Positions 60,845 to 64,000 of a DNA stretch of 64,000 bases are shown piece by piece. The position numbers and the translations under genes are program-made. Each line of letters starts with the position of its first letter. Position 1 is the stretch's first letter. The stretch is from an uncultured Gemmatimonadaceae bacterium. Its GTDB lineage: Bacteria; Gemmatimonadota; Gemmatimonadetes; Gemmatimonadales; Gemmatimonadaceae. The stretch spans positions 416,001 to 480,000 of the forward strand of contig CAWAGQ010000006.1 in the NCBI GenBank assembly GCA_963781585.1, read 5' to 3'. Below the pieces are notes generated by a model that saw only the letters and a list, made by a program, of their open reading frames with translations, did no database searches and was not told where the DNA came from.

Positions 60845-62809
60845 CTACGGATTCACGTCCCAGATGTCGAGCGCATCGGCGCCGACGAAGTCACAGCCGT
60901 GCTCGGCCGCGTCCGTCACCGAGCAGTTCGCAGCCACCAGCCCGGCGCCCACGTATCCGCCGGCGATCAGTCCCGACGACGAGCTGCTCGAGAACGCCGT
61001 GCCCGTCTTGTACTGGCAGTGCGAGATGTGGCACTTGGAGCCGGCGGTCCCCGGCATCTGCGAGCCAAGGTCGTAGACCTCGGCGGTAAAGTCGACGCGA
61101 TCGCCCGACTCGGCGATCCACCCCGCGTTCGTGAAGTTGTCCTTCGCGACACTGCCCACGAAGAAATCCCAGCGTCCGGTCGCCGGATCCACCACGCATT
61201 CGTACTCCTGCGTCGTCCCGACTACGGGGAACCCGGGGTCGTTGTGGATGGTGTTGTGGTAGTCCGCGGGATTCGGTCCCGCCTGGACTTCGTACTTGAG
61301 ATACTGGACGACCGCCGCCGCGCCGCTGCTGCGCCGCCGCGTGATGCCGATCTGCCCCCACTTCGTGATATCGCCCTTGGTCACCCCCGTCCACACTGTG
61401 GTGAACGCCTCGTAGGTTGCCGTGCCCTCGCAGGGCAGATTCATCGGGAAGGTGTCGATCGTCGCCTTGCAGCCGAGCAGCCGGGGGACGTGCTTGCTCG
61501 CCCCGGCGTACCAGCGCGGCCCGCCGGCGATACGCGGCGCGCACGACGAGCTGCTCGAGCGGCTTGATGATGATCGGACCGACGAGCTCGACGACGCACT
61601 GGATGAGGAACTGCTTGACGAAGACGAGCTGACGGACGACGACGAGCTGCTCGGCGATGCACTGCTGGACGACGAGGCGACCGCCGACCCCGCGGCGCTG
61701 CTCGACGAACTCCCGGGAAGTTCCGCCGCGGCGCTCGAGCTGCTGCCGCAGTTGCTCGACGGAATGCCGAGCCCGGTGCCTGCGTCGCCTGCGATCCTGA
61801 TGCCCATCGCCGCGAGCACGGTCCCGATGTGATTGGCGACGCCACGGTTCCGTGTGCCGCGGTCGGCGCCCCACAGCAGGCCGACGACCTTGCCGTCGCT
61901 GTTGACGATCACCGATCCCGAGTCCCCGAAGTAGGCAAACCTGGGGAACCCGGGCAGGGGATTGATCAGGATCTGACTTCCCTCATACAGCACGTCGACC
62001 ACGGTGCCGCGCGTGAGCCGCGTGGCCGACCCGCGCTTGCGCACCTCTGAGAAACAGACGGCCTGCGCCACCCCGGTCAGCGCTCCGATGTCCACCACCT
62101 GGTTCAGGGTACCACCCGCCGTCACGCCGCTCACCGCGTCGCCGTCGAGCTGCACGATCGCACAATCGACCTGCGTCGTCTTCTGCGAGCGCAGCACCGC
62201 GCCGATCTCGTTGAAGGTGCAGCAACAGCAGCAGGTGATATGTCGCGGCTGCCCCACCTTCACGCCGTTGCAGGCAAAGCTCGTCGGCGCGCCCGACGCC
62301 GCGGACCCACTCGATGCCGAACCGGCGCCGACGTTGAACTCCGTGCCGGCGCACGCGATGTGCTGGCTCGTCAGCGCCACCATCGTCCCGTCGGTCGTCT
62401 GCGCGAGACAGCCGATCGTCCCCATGCCGCGGGTATTGTCGCCCTCGAACTTCGCCGTGCGGAGCTGCGATCCCCCCTGGAGCGGCCGGTACTTGGTGGT
62501 GTCGCGATTCGGCGCGAACGCGACCAGCGAGCTCGAGGACATCGCCTCGAGGGCGGGTGCGACGATCACGTCCGTGCGTACGCCGAACACGTCGGCCGGC
62601 ACGCGATACGAAACAGGAAGAACCGCGGCGTCGAGCTTCTCGGCGACGTACACGCGATACGCCAGCTCGGGCACCAGCTCGCCCCGGATTTCGCGCGCAC
62701 CCACACCGACACTCAGTACGCCGGGATAGCGCGACAGGATCGCCGACGCCTCGTCGTATCGGTCGACCAGCTGCTGCTGCCGGTTGAGGACCTCGCGATC
62801 GATCGGCAT
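60845..62809 (-). CDS. Trypsin-like protease (CCCCC motif) + poly-Ser linker + glutamic-peptidase-like (G1/neprosin fold) domain
   Basis: Triad TSQHI / DCAIV / GDSGS; Ser-rich linker; C-terminal VWTGV...WGQIG...FTAEV...QMPG. Confidence 0.85.
   Translation of the reverse strand: MPIDREVLNRQQQLVDRYDEASAILSRYPGVLSVGVGAREIRGELVPELAYRVYVAEKLDAAVLPVSYRVPADVFGVRTDVIVAPALEAMSSSSLVAFAPNRDTTKYRPLQGGSQLRTAKFEGDNTRGMGTIGCLAQTTDGTMVALTSQHIACAGTEFNVGAGSASSGSAASGAPTSFACNGVKVGQPRHITCCCCCTFNEIGAVLRSQKTTQVDCAIVQLDGDAVSGVTAGGTLNQVVDIGALTGVAQAVCFSEVRKRGSATRLTRGTVVDVLYEGSQILINPLPGFPRFAYFGDSGSVIVNSDGKVVGLLWGADRGTRNRGVANHIGTVLAAMGIRIAGDAGTGLGIPSSNCGSSSSAAAELPGSSSSSAAGSAVASSSSSASPSSSSSSVSSSSSSSSSSSASSSSSVRSSSSRSSSSSCAPRIAGGPRWYAGASKHVPRLLGCKATIDTFPMNLPCEGTATYEAFTTVWTGVTKGDITKWGQIGITRRRSSGAAAVVQYLKYEVQAGPNPADYHNTIHNDPGFPVVGTTQEYECVVDPATGRWDFFVGSVAKDNFTNAGWIAESGDRVDFTAEVYDLGSQMPGTAGSKCHISHCQYKTGTAFSSSSSSGLIAGGYVGAGLVAANCSVTDAAEHGCDFVGADALDIWDVNP
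61541..61760 (-). repeat. Low-complexity poly-serine coding tract
   Basis: About 70 aa dominated by Ser, encoded by mixed TCG/AGC/TCC/TCA codons. Confidence 0.9.
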
Positions 62810-62812
62810 CGC

Positions 62813-64000
62813 TCAGGCCGTTGTCCCGATAACGATCCGCCGTCGGCTGTACGAACGCATGTTCGTCTCGATCAGCGCGTCGCGACAGGTGTACCCGACG
62901 GCCTCCACGCTTCGCATCACCGCGTCGAGGATCTCGCCGTTGTGGTAGTCGGCTGCCGTCTCGAACAGGCACACGCGCGGCCGGTAGTGCCGCACGAGGA
63001 ATCGCATGTTCGGTTCGGCGAGCTGCGCGTCCCATGAGCAGTAGCCGTGGCTCAGCCCGAGGGCTACCAGCACGTCGGCGTGCTCGGGGAGATTCGCGTG
63101 GGCGAGGTGCTTCTCCTCGATTTGCTCCCACCGCCGCCCGGGATACTCGGCGCGCAGCCGGGCGATGATCGCCGGATCGATGTCGAAACCGAAGACGCGG
63201 TCGTGGCGATAGTACTCGTTGAGCGGCGAAAAGCCGCAGTAGGCCTCGAAGATCCGGTCGTCCGGCCGCAGCAGCGGACCCAGATGGTCCATGATCATGC
63301 TGCCGCGGTCGGATGGCGCGGTGAGGTAGCTCCACTTGTCCTCGACGCGCGGCGGGCGCGCGACCGCGACCAGGCTCAGCCCCGCGTCGAGGTGGAGCGT
63401 CGTCACTTCGATGCCGCGCGTACGGAGCGACTGCATCGTCCACGACACACCGCAGTTCGGATTCGTAGAGTCGTGAAACAGCACGACGCCGTCCGACATC
63501 AACGTCGAGTAATTGTCGAAGTCGCGCAGACTCTGCTGGTGCGTGTGCGCGCCGTCGATGACCACCAGCCCGACATACCGGCCTTGCGTCATGTCGCGCA
63601 CCGCGTCCAGCGCGTCGTCGGAGCGCATTTTGAAATGCCGAATCCACGGCGCAAGGCCAAAGAGACCGAACCACTTCTCGACTTCCGTGGAGTGCTCCCA
63701 GTGACCGCGCCCGTCCCAGGCCGGATCACCGCTGCCGGCATACGACGGATCGATGAAGATCACCTGTCCGTGCCCGTTGTCCTGCAGCCCACGAGCGACG
63801 CAGAGCGGCGAGAATCCGCGGGCCGAGCCGATGACCACGGCGAAATCGGGGCGGAGGTTGCGCGCCATACTATAGTAGAGCCAGCCGAACCCGAGATCGC
63901 CGCTGCCGGTGTTCTGCGACAGGGGCTCGGCGTACGCCACCGCCTTTTCGATGAACTCGTTCAGGGACAACGCGGCGCGTGTTGAGGCGCTGTGCTTCCC
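62813..64000 (-). CDS. Protein with two class I SAM-methyltransferase-like domains; frame open to the window edge (possible TTG start at 63970)
   Basis: IGSARGFS, IDGAH and VLFHD (Methyltransf_24-like), then EAYCG...GFDID; no in-frame stop between 63970 and 64000. Confidence 0.8.
   Translation of the reverse strand, partial: GKHSASTRAALSLNEFIEKAVAYAEPLSQNTGSGDLGFGWLYYSMARNLRPDFAVVIGSARGFSPLCVARGLQDNGHGQVIFIDPSYAGSGDPAWDGRGHWEHSTEVEKWFGLFGLAPWIRHFKMRSDDALDAVRDMTQGRYVGLVVIDGAHTHQQSLRDFDNYSTLMSDGVVLFHDSTNPNCGVSWTMQSLRTRGIEVTTLHLDAGLSLVAVARPPRVEDKWSYLTAPSDRGSMIMDHLGPLLRPDDRIFEAYCGFSPLNEYYRHDRVFGFDIDPAIIARLRAEYPGRRWEQIEEKHLAHANLPEHADVLVALGLSHGYCSWDAQLAEPNMRFLVRHYRPRVCLFETAADYHNGEILDAVMRSVEAVGYTCRDALIETNMRSYSRRRIVIGTTA

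Noticed and set aside
61422..61832. Asp/Glu/Leu-rich ORF (DELLDEELL...)
   Set aside because: Antisense reading of the poly-Ser codons.

Overview
This is a high-GC (about 68% by eye) bacterial window. Two PadR + duplicated ABC-permease (ADOP-type) pairs and an Oar-type TonB receptor suggest Gemmatimonadota or Acidobacteriota (inference). I saw no rRNA, tRNA or CRISPR array. Layout: (1) 1-23 kb is mixed accessory genes (partial beta-helix repeat protein, serine hydrolase, frameshifted HD-LuxR regulator, GH2 beta-galactosidase, FAD monooxygenase, histidine kinase, split DUF1214/DUF1254 pair) among gene remnants. (2) 23.5-31.7 kb is a candidate extracellular nucleic-acid capture locus: a TonB receptor, two OB-fold-repeat lipoproteins and a divergent ComEC-like metallo-beta-lactamase lipoprotein. 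(3) 32-42 kb is a decaying field of short genes flanked by integron attC-like sites, with no integrase in the window. (4) 44.4-64 kb is a tightly coupled minus-strand operon of at least 19.6 kb. It encodes four very large uncharacterised proteins (DUF6603-like 1143 aa, 1038 aa, 1859 aa, 588 aa), two trypsin-like proteases that each carry a CCCCC motif, a stand-alone paralogue of one protease's C-terminal domain, a PepSY-like protein and a methyltransferase. One of the proteases is fused through a poly-Ser linker to a glutamic-peptidase-like domain. This operon is the best candidate for an undescribed system. Family calls come from motif recognition by eye, not database searches.
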